From: a virus
Strand: one strand, 5' to 3'
IMG/VR virus record: IMGVR_UViG_3300022907_000005
Span: 1 to 64,000 of that record
DNA length: 64,000 nt
In this document: piece by piece, positions 47,896 to 57,211 of the stretch
Layout: every line of letters begins with the position of its first letter
How positions within the stretch are numbered: the first letter of the stretch is position 1
The notes under the pieces: model-generated
Told to the model about the DNA's origin: nothing
What the model saw: the letters and a program-made list of their open reading frames with translations, nothing else
The model's database searches: none
Made by a program: the position numbers and the translations under genes

Positions 47896-47896
47896 G

Positions 47897-48871
47897 TTAG
47901 CCTACCATAAATGCGGGAGGAAGTTCGTACTTAGATTGCATTTCTTCTTCAGTCTGTTGAATTTCTGCAACCGCTTCTTGAAATATCTGATCTCCGTTGA
48001 GTATCACACCACCTGGCAATTGAATGCCGCCAAACTTTTTCATGTTCTCTCCCCACTGTCTTTTAATAAGTGCAGTAGTGTATTTCTTTAAAAACATGTC
48101 GTTATACACTTCAGCGTAATCGGTGCCTGCAATCATAGCCTGACCTTCAGCAATCACATAGTCGCCAACATCGAATGTCTTATCAAAGTCTGTGTCAATG
48201 TAAAGTCTATTAGTTTTTCGATTGAATCGTATTTGTCTTTCAGTAACGAAAATGCTTTCTAGTGTAGATAAGTGAGTTTTCACCATAGAGTAATATGTCA
48301 AGTCTGCACTGAGTAAATTGTACAAGTCATTCAATGCAAATTGATAATCAACATCAAACAAGCCGTCTGACTTGCCGCCAGTTGTCGCGCCAAACTTAAA
48401 CATTCTAGTAACGCCAAGAATATTGTCACCTATAGGAATGTAGCCGTTTTCTAAGTCGCCTTTAGAGTATGCGGTAGACGAAGATGTGGTTGTAGCATAT
48501 CCAGACTGATTGCCTGTAATGGTTTCAGATAAAGAAAAAGTTGCGCCACCAGGCTTTACATTATCTACGGTGATTTCTGCACCATCTGTACTGACAACAA
48601 TCGCGGTTGTTCCCGAAGTACCACCAGTAACAGTTTCACCAACAGTAAAGTTGTTAGCCAAGGATGCTTGTAATGTGATCTTTGACCCTGTAAGTTTGTG
48701 TTTGATGTAGGCTCTTTCGGTACCATCAAAGTGATACTCTTGCCAAAATTGGATTGCGTCATCTACGCGATCACTTACCTGATCGTCATCCACATTGATT
48801 TCAATAACAGGAAAGCCCAGTCTGCGTAAGCTATAATCAATCAACTCTTGTCTTGATGCTAGTACAGCCAT
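47897..48871 (-). CDS. 13: neck protein gp13 with internal insertion
   Basis: LRRLGFPVIEINV, KRQWGENMKKF, LPGGVILNG. Confidence 0.93.
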   Translation of the reverse strand: MAVLASRQELIDYSLRRLGFPVIEINVDDDQVSDRVDDAIQFWQEYHFDGTERAYIKHKLTGSKITLQASLANNFTVGETVTGGTSGTTAIVVSTDGAEITVDNVKPGGATFSLSETITGNQSGYATTTSSSTAYSKGDLENGYIPIGDNILGVTRMFKFGATTGGKSDGLFDVDYQFALNDLYNLLSADLTYYSMVKTHLSTLESIFVTERQIRFNRKTNRLYIDTDFDKTFDVGDYVIAEGQAMIAGTDYAEVYNDMFLKKYTTALIKRQWGENMKKFGGIQLPGGVILNGDQIFQEAVAEIQQTEEEMQSKYELPPAFMVG

Positions 48872-48887
48872 CAGTATCTCCTAGTTA

Positions 48888-49490
48888 TTATGGATCGTAA
48901 GCGTATAGTTCTGCTCTGAGTGCAGTCAATTCCGCTTGTACATAAGCCGTAGTAGCAATCTGCGTGGTGTTTGTACCTGCAGATGCTGTTGGTGCAGCAG
49001 GAGTTCCAGTCAACGTGGGGCTTGCTAATGGAGCCTTTGCTGCCAATGCGTTTGTTGTCGTTGTCGCATAGTTCGCGTCATCACCAAGTGCTGCTGCTAA
49101 TTCGTTCAGCGTATCTAATGCACCAGGAGCAGAGTCAACTAAATTCCCTACCGCAGTATCAACATAACTTCTTGTCGCAATTGTGCTAGTATCAACCGTA
49201 AGTGTACCCGACGAAATGCCTATGCCAGTACCTGCTGTCAAATATGAATCGATTTCACTGTCTACCCTAGCGTTAGTAAAGTACAGATTGGTGCTACCTT
49301 CACCAATATCATCAGTATCTCCAGTGACATTAGTTAAATCGGCAAGCAATAAAGATTTACCGCCCTGTGTTGAGCCATCATGCACTCGCAAATGGTAATC
49401 TGTGGTGCTGACGGATAGTTCTCCCTGAGCACCGGTAAACACATTATTCTGAGTAGTTGTCCCTCTTCTAAATTGTACTTGTTTAGGCAT
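48888..49490 (-). CDS. fibre/whisker-like protein with Mtd_N-type N-terminus
   Basis: QFRRGTT ... VHDGSTQGG; APGALDTLNELAAALGDD; SPTLTGTPAAPT; TATAAATA at 49516-49523. Confidence 0.8.
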   Translation of the reverse strand: MPKQVQFRRGTTTQNNVFTGAQGELSVSTTDYHLRVHDGSTQGGKSLLLADLTNVTGDTDDIGEGSTNLYFTNARVDSEIDSYLTAGTGIGISSGTLTVDTSTIATRSYVDTAVGNLVDSAPGALDTLNELAAALGDDANYATTTTNALAAKAPLASPTLTGTPAAPTASAGTNTTQIATTAYVQAELTALRAELYAYDP

Positions 49491-49541
49491 GTATCCTACT
49501 CCTATATATTACATCTATTTATAATAAATTTTAAGACCAGT

Positions 49542-52376
49542 TTATTGGTAGAAAATATAAAATCTACCAGTGGTGTGATTGGTGTTCAGAACAACATTTT
49601 CTGATGAAAATTTTGTTGGCCCATACTCATAAAGCGATAAATTGTTGGTATCCCTATAAGCCATAAAACTATAATCGCTTCCAGTTAGAGTGGCACCTGA
49701 TGTTTCACTCCACCAATGTACTCTAAAGCTAGTAAAAAACCCAAAGTTATTTGGATTGATTGTTGTTGTAGGTGCAGGCTTAACGTTAGCACCCTCAATT
49801 GTCGAGCGAGCAACCATCGCATAATTCTCAAGATTATCTCCCCACACATACCAAACACGATTAGCTGTTGTGGCTGCTCGTACAGCTTGGAAAGCTGAGT
49901 CACTTAATATAACGTTAGTGGAATCTGAAGGAAGTGGATTACCTTCTGTAACACTGACTCCGCCAACTGGTTGCCAATCTGGTGAGTTAAACGTAGCAAC
50001 CAACGTTCCGTAGGTTGGATGAGTATAATTACCTACAGAAATCGCATCTGTACCTAATGACGTAACACTGCCAGACGTACCTCCGCCTTCTGTATAGTTA
50101 GCAGTGACGGTGATAACAGCGTCCAGATCTGCTTCTACTAGTGTATATGTAGTAGCGGTGGCACCTGTAATAGCTACCCCGTCTCGATTCCACTGATAAC
50201 TGATGGCACTGATGCCATCACCATCAGCCAGATTATTAGAAGCAGTTAGCGTTGAGCCTAGTATTGATTCACCATTAATAATCGCAGTGCCTGTTGTTAA
50301 GTAGTACGCCTCAGTTGGTCCTGGGCTATCATACATAAAATTCCCAACACTACTGCGTACTATCAATGTAAGCGCATCGCCAGATAAGTATACGCTGCTA
50401 AATTTAGTATACGATGAAACATCTGGTAATATTGGCACAGGATCTTGTGCCCAGGTTTCTCCTGTTTTAGTAAAGGATCGTACTATACCTGTGTTGTCAT
50501 CACCGACCGCGATATTGCTACCTGATACAATTCTGTCACCTGAGTTACTCATACTGTTGTATGTAAATATATTACCGTCAGGCGAAGTTATATCAGCTTG
50601 CTGCGTCCAGGTTGCGTCTGATCGAGTGAATAAGTTAAGCGCAGTAGAAGTAAAGTCCCGTGAGATTAAGGTATTTCCATCACCCGATAACTGGAGCCCG
50701 CCACCGAAATAAACATACGGGTCCGTGCCGTCGCTTATCTTGGCCTGGAAGTTGTATGTGTGAGGCCAGGAGAAACTGCCATCTACAGCTCTGTTTCGTG
50801 TATAGATATATATGGCACCAGCGGTGGAGTCGTCGGCAGTGGCACCGATGGCGAGGGTACTTGCATCATTAGAGATCTTAACATCAGATCCATACCGGGC
50901 TCCGGCTTCTTGTTGGCCTATAGTAGAAGCCAGCAGTTTGATCTGATTGCTAAATCCCTGGCCATGGGCGGCACGTTGATAAACATAAACAGCACCAGCA
51001 TCAGCGCCAGCTGCATCTTCCCACTGGGCACCGGCTATTAGAGTGTTACCATCACCAGATATACTGACTGTGCTGCCAAACTGATCACCATCCTGTTTAT
51101 CACTGGCTTGTAGATACTGCGTCAGTGACCAGGATGTACCATTTCTGCTATAAACATAAGCGGCGCCCGCGTTGGCAGGAGTCTCTCTTTGCCTTCTACT
51201 GCCTACAACAATGGTATTGCCATCATCAGAGATTGCGCAACTATATCCGTAGATATCACGGTCGCCTGACAGGTTGCCACTACCCTGATATGTAGCCTGT
51301 ATTGCCCAGCTTGAGCCTGTCCTAGCAAGGAACCATGCCTTTCCTGCATAATCTGCCGTGGTAGTCTGATATGCGTTAGTATAGACAGCAGTGTTGCCGT
51401 CGCCTGAAATAGCAAATGTTTCTTTAAGTGGGCCCACTGTGGTAGGCTGAATTAAAGTGCCTTCTTGTATGTAAATAGGATCCGGTAGAGGTTCTGGAGC
51501 TACCGTCGACCACATAGACTCACCCCAACTGTATGTACCTGAATGTACGCCATGAGTATTATTGTTAGCAGACAATTCATAAGTAGTAGCATCCATAGTC
51601 TGCGCTGTTACTGCATTAGTTAGCGTTGCACCGGTGGTGCCAGGAGCATATCTAAATGCATTATTATTCAGAATTAGACCTGACCCGCCAGCATAGTCGT
51701 TTGTACCATTTTCAGTAGTGTAAAAACTACAGTTGTTTAACACAGACGTGTTAACTTGACTATTGTCATACTGTAAAGCCCAGTTACCATTCGCATTGGT
51801 TTCTTGAAACACACAGTTGTAAAAGTCACCTTGGCTGTATGCCGTCGAACCGTTAAACATGCCTACAGAATAAGAGTTTGATTTTCCATTGTTGTTTCTT
51901 TTTAGAATTGCGCCATACACTGCGCTATTAGTGTTTTGTAAGTTTACCATAGCGGCATCACGTTGAGCAGTGGTAGCCGTCCACTGAAATACCACCTGTC
52001 CAGCTGCACAAAAGAAAGTTCTAGGTAAATTGCCATCGCTGAACCCAGCAGTAGTAAATTGTGGTACCTGTGGGCCTACTGTAACTGGTGTAAGATCATA
52101 AACGCCTGGCTTGATCACATACATTACAGCAGTGCCGATGGCAGCAGTCTGAGATTGAGCATAACTTAATGTCTGATAAGCAGTAGCATCAGTGTCTCCA
52201 TTATTACTGTCGGACCCATTGGTGATATCAATATACTTTTTATCACCTGAAAATGAATTGATAAAGCTAGTAGCCACCGAGCCAAAATTTGGGACAAACG
52301 GGATAACCGGATCTAAGAAACGTTTTAGTGTTTTACCTGCTAGAATTTTACCTGAAAATGATGTAATACGTGGCAT
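49542..52376 (-). CDS. large mosaic adhesin-like virion protein (beta-helix, FG-GAP propeller, Ig-like)
   Basis: GSDSNNG motif; repeated FGSTVSISGDGNTL / AGAVYVY; YQWNRDGVAITGATATTYTL. Confidence 0.75.
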   Translation of the reverse strand: MPRITSFSGKILAGKTLKRFLDPVIPFVPNFGSVATSFINSFSGDKKYIDITNGSDSNNGDTDATAYQTLSYAQSQTAAIGTAVMYVIKPGVYDLTPVTVGPQVPQFTTAGFSDGNLPRTFFCAAGQVVFQWTATTAQRDAAMVNLQNTNSAVYGAILKRNNNGKSNSYSVGMFNGSTAYSQGDFYNCVFQETNANGNWALQYDNSQVNTSVLNNCSFYTTENGTNDYAGGSGLILNNNAFRYAPGTTGATLTNAVTAQTMDATTYELSANNNTHGVHSGTYSWGESMWSTVAPEPLPDPIYIQEGTLIQPTTVGPLKETFAISGDGNTAVYTNAYQTTTADYAGKAWFLARTGSSWAIQATYQGSGNLSGDRDIYGYSCAISDDGNTIVVGSRRQRETPANAGAAYVYSRNGTSWSLTQYLQASDKQDGDQFGSTVSISGDGNTLIAGAQWEDAAGADAGAVYVYQRAAHGQGFSNQIKLLASTIGQQEAGARYGSDVKISNDASTLAIGATADDSTAGAIYIYTRNRAVDGSFSWPHTYNFQAKISDGTDPYVYFGGGLQLSGDGNTLISRDFTSTALNLFTRSDATWTQQADITSPDGNIFTYNSMSNSGDRIVSGSNIAVGDDNTGIVRSFTKTGETWAQDPVPILPDVSSYTKFSSVYLSGDALTLIVRSSVGNFMYDSPGPTEAYYLTTGTAIINGESILGSTLTASNNLADGDGISAISYQWNRDGVAITGATATTYTLVEADLDAVITVTANYTEGGGTSGSVTSLGTDAISVGNYTHPTYGTLVATFNSPDWQPVGGVSVTEGNPLPSDSTNVILSDSAFQAVRAATTANRVWYVWGDNLENYAMVARSTIEGANVKPAPTTTINPNNFGFFTSFRVHWWSETSGATLTGSDYSFMAYRDTNNLSLYEYGPTKFSSENVVLNTNHTTGRFYIFYQ

Positions 52377-52386
52377 ATATTTCGCC

Positions 52387-53832
52387 TTACACCGAACCGA
52401 ATGCTGTTACAGTTCCGAGAACCGTCCAAGCACCAGCAAACCTAATAAGGGTAAAACTAGCAATATCAGTAGCACTCGGAGTTGACGTAGGAGCTGATGC
52501 GCCTTGCCATAAAATTGTCTGAGCCGCACCATCAATCTGAACGGCAGTGGGTAAATACCCCGTGGCTCCTTGACTAATAATTAGTGCCGCAGAGAGAGTT
52601 CTATCATCAGTAGTCGGCACATTAGTAAAGTTAGCAGTGAAATCAGCAGCTACCGAACTATGTATAAACAACGATCTAGAAGTGATGTCATGAGTAACTA
52701 CACCGGTTGCACCAGTTAATGTTGTTGCTATTTCCGTAGTTGAACCAAAAGTTGTTAAAGCAGTAAATGATGTAGTAGCAGCAGGAGGTGTATATGTAAA
52801 CACACCAGTTGAGTTATCATAAGCAACAGCACCGTCACCTGATGCAGGTGCAGCGGCGCCTACTGAGATATCAGTTAGTGCTATTCCTCCGCCACTGCCG
52901 ATCTCAGTATAATTAGTACCGTCGTTTGTAAATGCCCAATAACCTTCGCTTTCGTCCCAAATTAACGCAACATCAGCAGCTGAGCCTCTGTTAACGCTTA
53001 TACCAGCATCTTCAGTTGGAGTGCCGGATGCATCTCTGTTCAATTCGATAATGTTGTCTGCTAAACTTGTAATCTGCGAGTTAACAATAGTTTGTGTGCC
53101 ACTGATTGTGACGTTGCCGTTAAACACTGCGTCATCGCTGTATGTTTTAGCACCTGCGATAGTTTGTGGACCACTGGTTCGGACCACTGTGCTGTCTGCT
53201 GTCAGGACGCCTGCACTGACGGACACACCATCGCTGCCGGTGAGATATGATGTACCATCAACATATGCTTTTACTGACTGTTGAGATGGCAATCTAGTAG
53301 CACTATTGGAAGAAAAGTTATCTTCGTCAATGAGTGCCGCGGTAATTCTTGCATCTGCTCTAGCATTTGTAAAGTATAGATTGCTTGACCCTTCACTCAA
53401 TTCATCAGTGTCTGCTGCTCCAGCAGTAATACTAGCAGTAGTAACAGCGGTCACTCTACCTTTCGCATCTACTGTGACAACAGGAATAGCCGTAGAGCTA
53501 CCATAACTAGCAGCGGTGACACCTGAATCAGGAGTTGATATTGTAACCGAGTCTGTGCCTACTGCAACATCAATTTGATTCGATGTGCCGTTGACTGTAA
53601 GAGGAGTATCAGTTCCTACAACAATGGTAAAAGTATTAGTACCGTCACTAACAGTCCAACCCGCTGTTGAGTTACTTAGGTCAGCCCTAGCAAATTCTAT
53701 TCCACCACTAGTAGATCCGTCATGCAAATGCAATGACTTATTAGTAGTGTTTACTGTCAGTTCACCTTCTGCTCCAGTGAACGAAGACATATCTGAATTG
53801 GAACCACGTCTTAACTGTAGTTGCGTAGGCAT
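52387..53832 (-). CDS. tail fibre-like protein with Mtd_N-type N-terminus
   Basis: QLRRGS ... LHDGSTSGG; EGSSNLYFTNARA; Ser/Thr/Gly-rich. Confidence 0.8.
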   Translation of the reverse strand: MPTQLQLRRGSNSDMSSFTGAEGELTVNTTNKSLHLHDGSTSGGIEFARADLSNSTAGWTVSDGTNTFTIVVGTDTPLTVNGTSNQIDVAVGTDSVTISTPDSGVTAASYGSSTAIPVVTVDAKGRVTAVTTASITAGAADTDELSEGSSNLYFTNARADARITAALIDEDNFSSNSATRLPSQQSVKAYVDGTSYLTGSDGVSVSAGVLTADSTVVRTSGPQTIAGAKTYSDDAVFNGNVTISGTQTIVNSQITSLADNIIELNRDASGTPTEDAGISVNRGSAADVALIWDESEGYWAFTNDGTNYTEIGSGGGIALTDISVGAAAPASGDGAVAYDNSTGVFTYTPPAATTSFTALTTFGSTTEIATTLTGATGVVTHDITSRSLFIHSSVAADFTANFTNVPTTDDRTLSAALIISQGATGYLPTAVQIDGAAQTILWQGASAPTSTPSATDIASFTLIRFAGAWTVLGTVTAFGSV

Positions 53833-53833
53833 T

Positions 53834-54145
53834 CTAGGTCAACCCTCCGAGATCTTCAATTTGAATAGAACCACTTGGAGTATCTAGCGCGTCAAAACTT
53901 TGACTTGTTGCTTGACCAAAAGCATCAACCGATAACGCACTGAGATCTCCATAATCTCCTATAGGGAAAACTAGATTGGGATCACTCGCAGAAAAGTTAG
54001 CAATAGTCTGGATTGCTCCAGACGAATCTCGCATGTACACTGTTTTGTCAGGTATATTTACCGCAATTTCGCCTATCGCAAGATCTGATGTACTAGGCGC
54101 TGAGTTTGCAGTGTTACTTCTTTTTGGCTTTATTATGTTCGACAT
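53834..54145 (-). CDS. small fibre-associated protein
   Basis: IKPKRSNTANSAP ... LAIGEIAVN resembles fibre N-termini. Confidence 0.7.
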   Translation of the reverse strand: MSNIIKPKRSNTANSAPSTSDLAIGEIAVNIPDKTVYMRDSSGAIQTIANFSASDPNLVFPIGDYGDLSALSVDAFGQATSQSFDALDTPSGSIQIEDLGGLT

Positions 54146-54314
54146 CTGCTTCTACAAACTCGCTTTGTTGTGGTTCTACTTGCGCGTTGTCATACTCTGC
54201 CAATTTCTCATTTGCAATTGCAAGTTTAGATTTAAGCAGAATATTCTCTAAGTTTAAATCATTCATTTGAGATGCGAGTGCATTCACATAAGTATTTATT
54301 AATTTCTCATCCAT
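54114..54314 (-). CDS. small coiled-coil protein
   Basis: 66 aa heptad pattern; TATAAATA at 54364-54371. Confidence 0.7.
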   Translation of the reverse strand: MDEKLINTYVNALASQMNDLNLENILLKSKLAIANEKLAEYDNAQVEPQQSEFVEADVEHNKAKKK

Positions 54315-54380
54315 TTCATTATCTCAAAATTGAGAGGACTGTATTGTCCTCTCTTCATAATTTTATTTATACTAATTATA

Positions 54381-55757
54381 TTAGTAGGTTCCGCCATCAA
54401 TCGTAGCCGCATTAATTGTTTTAGCAGTGTTGCTAGTCAAGAATGTGCCTACTCTCGTATCTGTGTAATACAGATTAGTAGAACCTTCGCTAATGTCATC
54501 AGTATCATGATTTGATACATCGGAAACTGTGCCTGTAACGTTACCTGTAACGTTACCTGTAACATTGCCTGTTAAGTTGCCTTCAAATGCAGCGACAAGT
54601 GTAGCGACAGTGTACCCTGTTCCTGATTTATTTACTGTTGTGCCTGGAACTGCTTGCAGTGATTTAAATAAATGCCACTTATCATCAGATGCATCTCTGA
54701 ATAAACCAGAGTACAAATCTAGTGATCCAGATGTGTCGTAAAGTCCATAGAAACCTATGTCAACAGCATCAGATGAATCGTTGCCAGTTGCTAATGAAAA
54801 CAGCGGATCATTTACTGCTAAGTTTGTAGTATCAACAGTAGTTGTTGATCCACTTACTGTAAGATTTCCTGATACTGTCAAGTTACCTGATACAGTTGGG
54901 TTAGTTGCAAGACCTACTGTCATTGTATCAGTAGCACTTACAACAACATCGATTTCATTTGTTGTGCCACTTACTGTTAGCGTATCACCGCCTGCAACAG
55001 ACTGTGTGTTGGAACCGTCTGACAAAGTAAATGCAGTGCTGATAGCCGCAGTAGAAACCGCAGTTACAAGACCTTTAGCATTTACAGTAACAACAGGAAT
55101 AGCAGTTGTGCTACCGAAGTTACCTACGTTTGAGTTTACAGTAGCCAGTGTACCAGTACCCGTTACGCCGGCAGTACCATCAAAAGATGCTGATGTATAT
55201 GCTAGGTCGCCCGTAATGGCAATAGTTCTACCAGTTGCCAATGCAGTTGCAGTGTCGGCATTACCTGTAAGGTCACCAGTTACATCGCCAGTTACGTTAC
55301 CTGTTACATTACCTGTAAGGTCGCCAGTTACGTCACCAGTTACATTACCTGTAATGTTACCAGTGATATCGCCGATTAAATCGCCAGTTACGTTACCTGT
55401 GATATTACCCGTTACGTTACCAGTAAGGTCACCTGTAAGGTCACCAGTTACATCGCCAGTTACGTTACCTGTAAGATCAGCTGTAATTGTTCCTGCAGAG
55501 AAATCTCCACTTGCGTCTCTCTTAACAAGCTGTAAAGCTGTGTTAGAGGAAGAGGCACCGTCTACAATATCGGTGTAATACTTACCACCAATAGCATGAA
55601 TAGCAGCACCGCCGCTGTTTGTCGATTCGATGTAGAGTTTAGAGCCTACACCATCATTTGCGGTATCCATTGCATATGCAAGTTCACCTACTGCTAAGTC
55701 TGACGTAGTAGGGGCTGTTGCAGCAGACCCACGTTTAATTTGAATGGTCGAAGCCAT
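54381..55757 (-). CDS. tail fibre-like protein with G(N/D)(V/L/I)T repeats
   Basis: IQIKRG ... LAVGELAY N-terminus, tetrapeptide repeats, IDGGTY C-terminus. Confidence 0.85.
   Translation of the reverse strand: MASTIQIKRGSAATAPTTSDLAVGELAYAMDTANDGVGSKLYIESTNSGGAAIHAIGGKYYTDIVDGASSSNTALQLVKRDASGDFSAGTITADLTGNVTGDVTGDLTGDLTGNVTGNITGNVTGDLIGDITGNITGNVTGDVTGDLTGNVTGNVTGDVTGDLTGNADTATALATGRTIAITGDLAYTSASFDGTAGVTGTGTLATVNSNVGNFGSTTAIPVVTVNAKGLVTAVSTAAISTAFTLSDGSNTQSVAGGDTLTVSGTTNEIDVVVSATDTMTVGLATNPTVSGNLTVSGNLTVSGSTTTVDTTNLAVNDPLFSLATGNDSSDAVDIGFYGLYDTSGSLDLYSGLFRDASDDKWHLFKSLQAVPGTTVNKSGTGYTVATLVAAFEGNLTGNVTGNVTGNVTGTVSDVSNHDTDDISEGSTNLYYTDTRVGTFLTSNTAKTINAATIDGGTY
55255..55480 (-). repeat. 12-bp coding tandem repeat (TGNV/TGDL)
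   Basis: About 18 degenerate copies of a gttacctgtaac-like unit; shorter array at 54529-54580. Confidence 0.9.
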
Positions 55758-55784
55758 TGTTCTCTCCTAAGTTTATTGAATTTA

Positions 55785-56117
55785 TTATGACCCGAATGTT
55801 CCACCGTCTAACGTTGCGCCTGCATCCAATGTAGCTTGAATTGCAGTAGCTACTGCGGAACTAGTTCCGACTGATTCATCGACCTTAGTTTGCAGTGATA
55901 CGGATTCCCATTTCTCAGTCTCAGCATTATAAACTAGAGTTTCCCCTGTAGCAATTACGCCATCTTCACCCTTATCTAAATTTCCTATATTGTCTTCTAA
56001 CTTCGCAATTTTAATCTTGGAAGCGGCTGTTGTAGTAGCGATGATTGTACTGCCGCCGACAGAAACTCTCGCTGAATTGCTACCACCTGTAACTCGTACT
56101 TGTACTTCATTAGCCAT
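55785..56117 (-). CDS. hypothetical structural protein
   Basis: LVYNAETEKW, LDGGTF C-terminus. Confidence 0.7.
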   Translation of the reverse strand: MANEVQVRVTGGSNSARVSVGGSTIIATTTAASKIKIAKLEDNIGNLDKGEDGVIATGETLVYNAETEKWESVSLQTKVDESVGTSSAVATAIQATLDAGATLDGGTFGS

Positions 56118-56144
56118 GTTATTTCGCTACCTCTTGCTTCTGAA

Positions 56145-56480
56145 TTACTTTGTTGCTTCTGGGGTAACTGTTACGATACCTTCAATTACTCTAAGCGTTT
56201 CAGAGTCTGCAATTGAGACTACTTCTAAATCATACACATACCTACCTGCCTTCAATGTACTGGTCTGTGTTGCAGTTAAAGATAGCGTTATTACGCCTCC
56301 AGTAACATCAGTTTTTACTGCTGTAAATGCAGTATAAGTATTAGTGTAATAACTTTTACGAATGTGTGCAGTGGGTGTGTAGTTGGTCAGGTCTTTAGCT
56401 GTTCCATCTGGATTTGTCATGTTTACCACAATAGAAAACGTGGTACCCTGATCGATTAGCAAATTGTTGATAGTAGCCAT
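56145..56480 (-). CDS. conserved phage structural protein (BppU-N-like)
   Basis: NLLIDQGTTF, GRYVYDLE, RVIEGIVTVTP. Confidence 0.75.
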   Translation of the reverse strand: MATINNLLIDQGTTFSIVVNMTNPDGTAKDLTNYTPTAHIRKSYYTNTYTAFTAVKTDVTGGVITLSLTATQTSTLKAGRYVYDLEVVSIADSETLRVIEGIVTVTPEATK

Positions 56481-56502
56481 ACCGCACCCTTAAAGTTTAT
56501 AT

Positions 56503-56512
56503 TATTTATAAT
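56503..56512. promoter_or_regulatory. overlapping divergent promoter elements
   Basis: TATAAATA on minus strand (56503-56510) overlaps TATAAT on plus strand (56507-56512). Confidence 0.5.
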
Positions 56513-56524
56513 AACACGAAACTT

Positions 56525-57211
56525 ATGAAAACTATACTCACCCTGAAATATGGGAACAAGTACAGCGCGTCTGATGTAAACACTATTTATGACGCTACTG
56601 AGGGCGCATATAACTATGTTTGCTTGACTGACGATCCTATAGGACTTTACAGTGACATAAAAACAGTGCCCGTCGATGCTGAGTATGGTCATTGGAACAA
56701 GGTTCTAATGCTAGGTCTAAAGGATCTAGGTGACGTACTGTACTTAGATTTAGATGTCCATTTACAGCAATCAATTGTTGACATCTGGAAGCATTGTCAG
56801 TATACTGCGTCTGTCGCTTTCACATACTGGAAATCAGATACTTTTCCGACTAAGCGTTTAGAGTCTAATCCAGACCCTATGATGAGCTATCTCGGAAACT
56901 ACAATTCAAGCGTTATGCTATGGCGAAGTGGTCACTGCAATCACATAGTAGATAAATTTGTAGCAGATGAAGATTACTACATGGTTAAGTATTGCGGTGG
57001 CGATGATCGATTTCTTTGGCATGAATGCGAGTTGAATGCATTGCCTAAAGGATTGATATACTCATACGTCTATGGCGCAGACTATATATATGATAACAAA
57101 TCATTTGAATACCGACCTGACTATATGATCGCCTTGTTGAATGGGATTGATCGACACAAAAATGTGAGACAACGATACTATGATGCACTTTCTGTGCATG
57201 AAATGGGGTGA
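56525..57211 (+). CDS. GT-A glycosyltransferase (paralog 1)
   Basis: LKYGNKYS, CLTDD, WNKV, YLDLDV, NSSVMLW, GDD. Confidence 0.8.
   Translation: MKTILTLKYGNKYSASDVNTIYDATEGAYNYVCLTDDPIGLYSDIKTVPVDAEYGHWNKVLMLGLKDLGDVLYLDLDVHLQQSIVDIWKHCQYTASVAFTYWKSDTFPTKRLESNPDPMMSYLGNYNSSVMLWRSGHCNHIVDKFVADEDYYMVKYCGGDDRFLWHECELNALPKGLIYSYVYGADYIYDNKSFEYRPDYMIALLNGIDRHKNVRQRYYDALSVHEMG

Noticed and set aside
48888-53832. Diversity-generating retroelement suggested by Mtd_N-like domains
   Set aside because: No reverse transcriptase or TR/VR pair seen in the window
54332-54353. GAGAGGAC-N6-GTCCTCTC hairpin as a terminator
   Set aside because: Poor U-tract and it lies just downstream of a late promoter; role ambiguous
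55255-55480. CRISPR-like array
   Set aside because: In-frame degenerate coding repeats with no spacers
54757-55578. Long plus-strand ORF (273 aa) and other antisense ORFs in the track
   Set aside because: Shadows of minus-strand genes caused by repeat and codon bias; no SD or motifs
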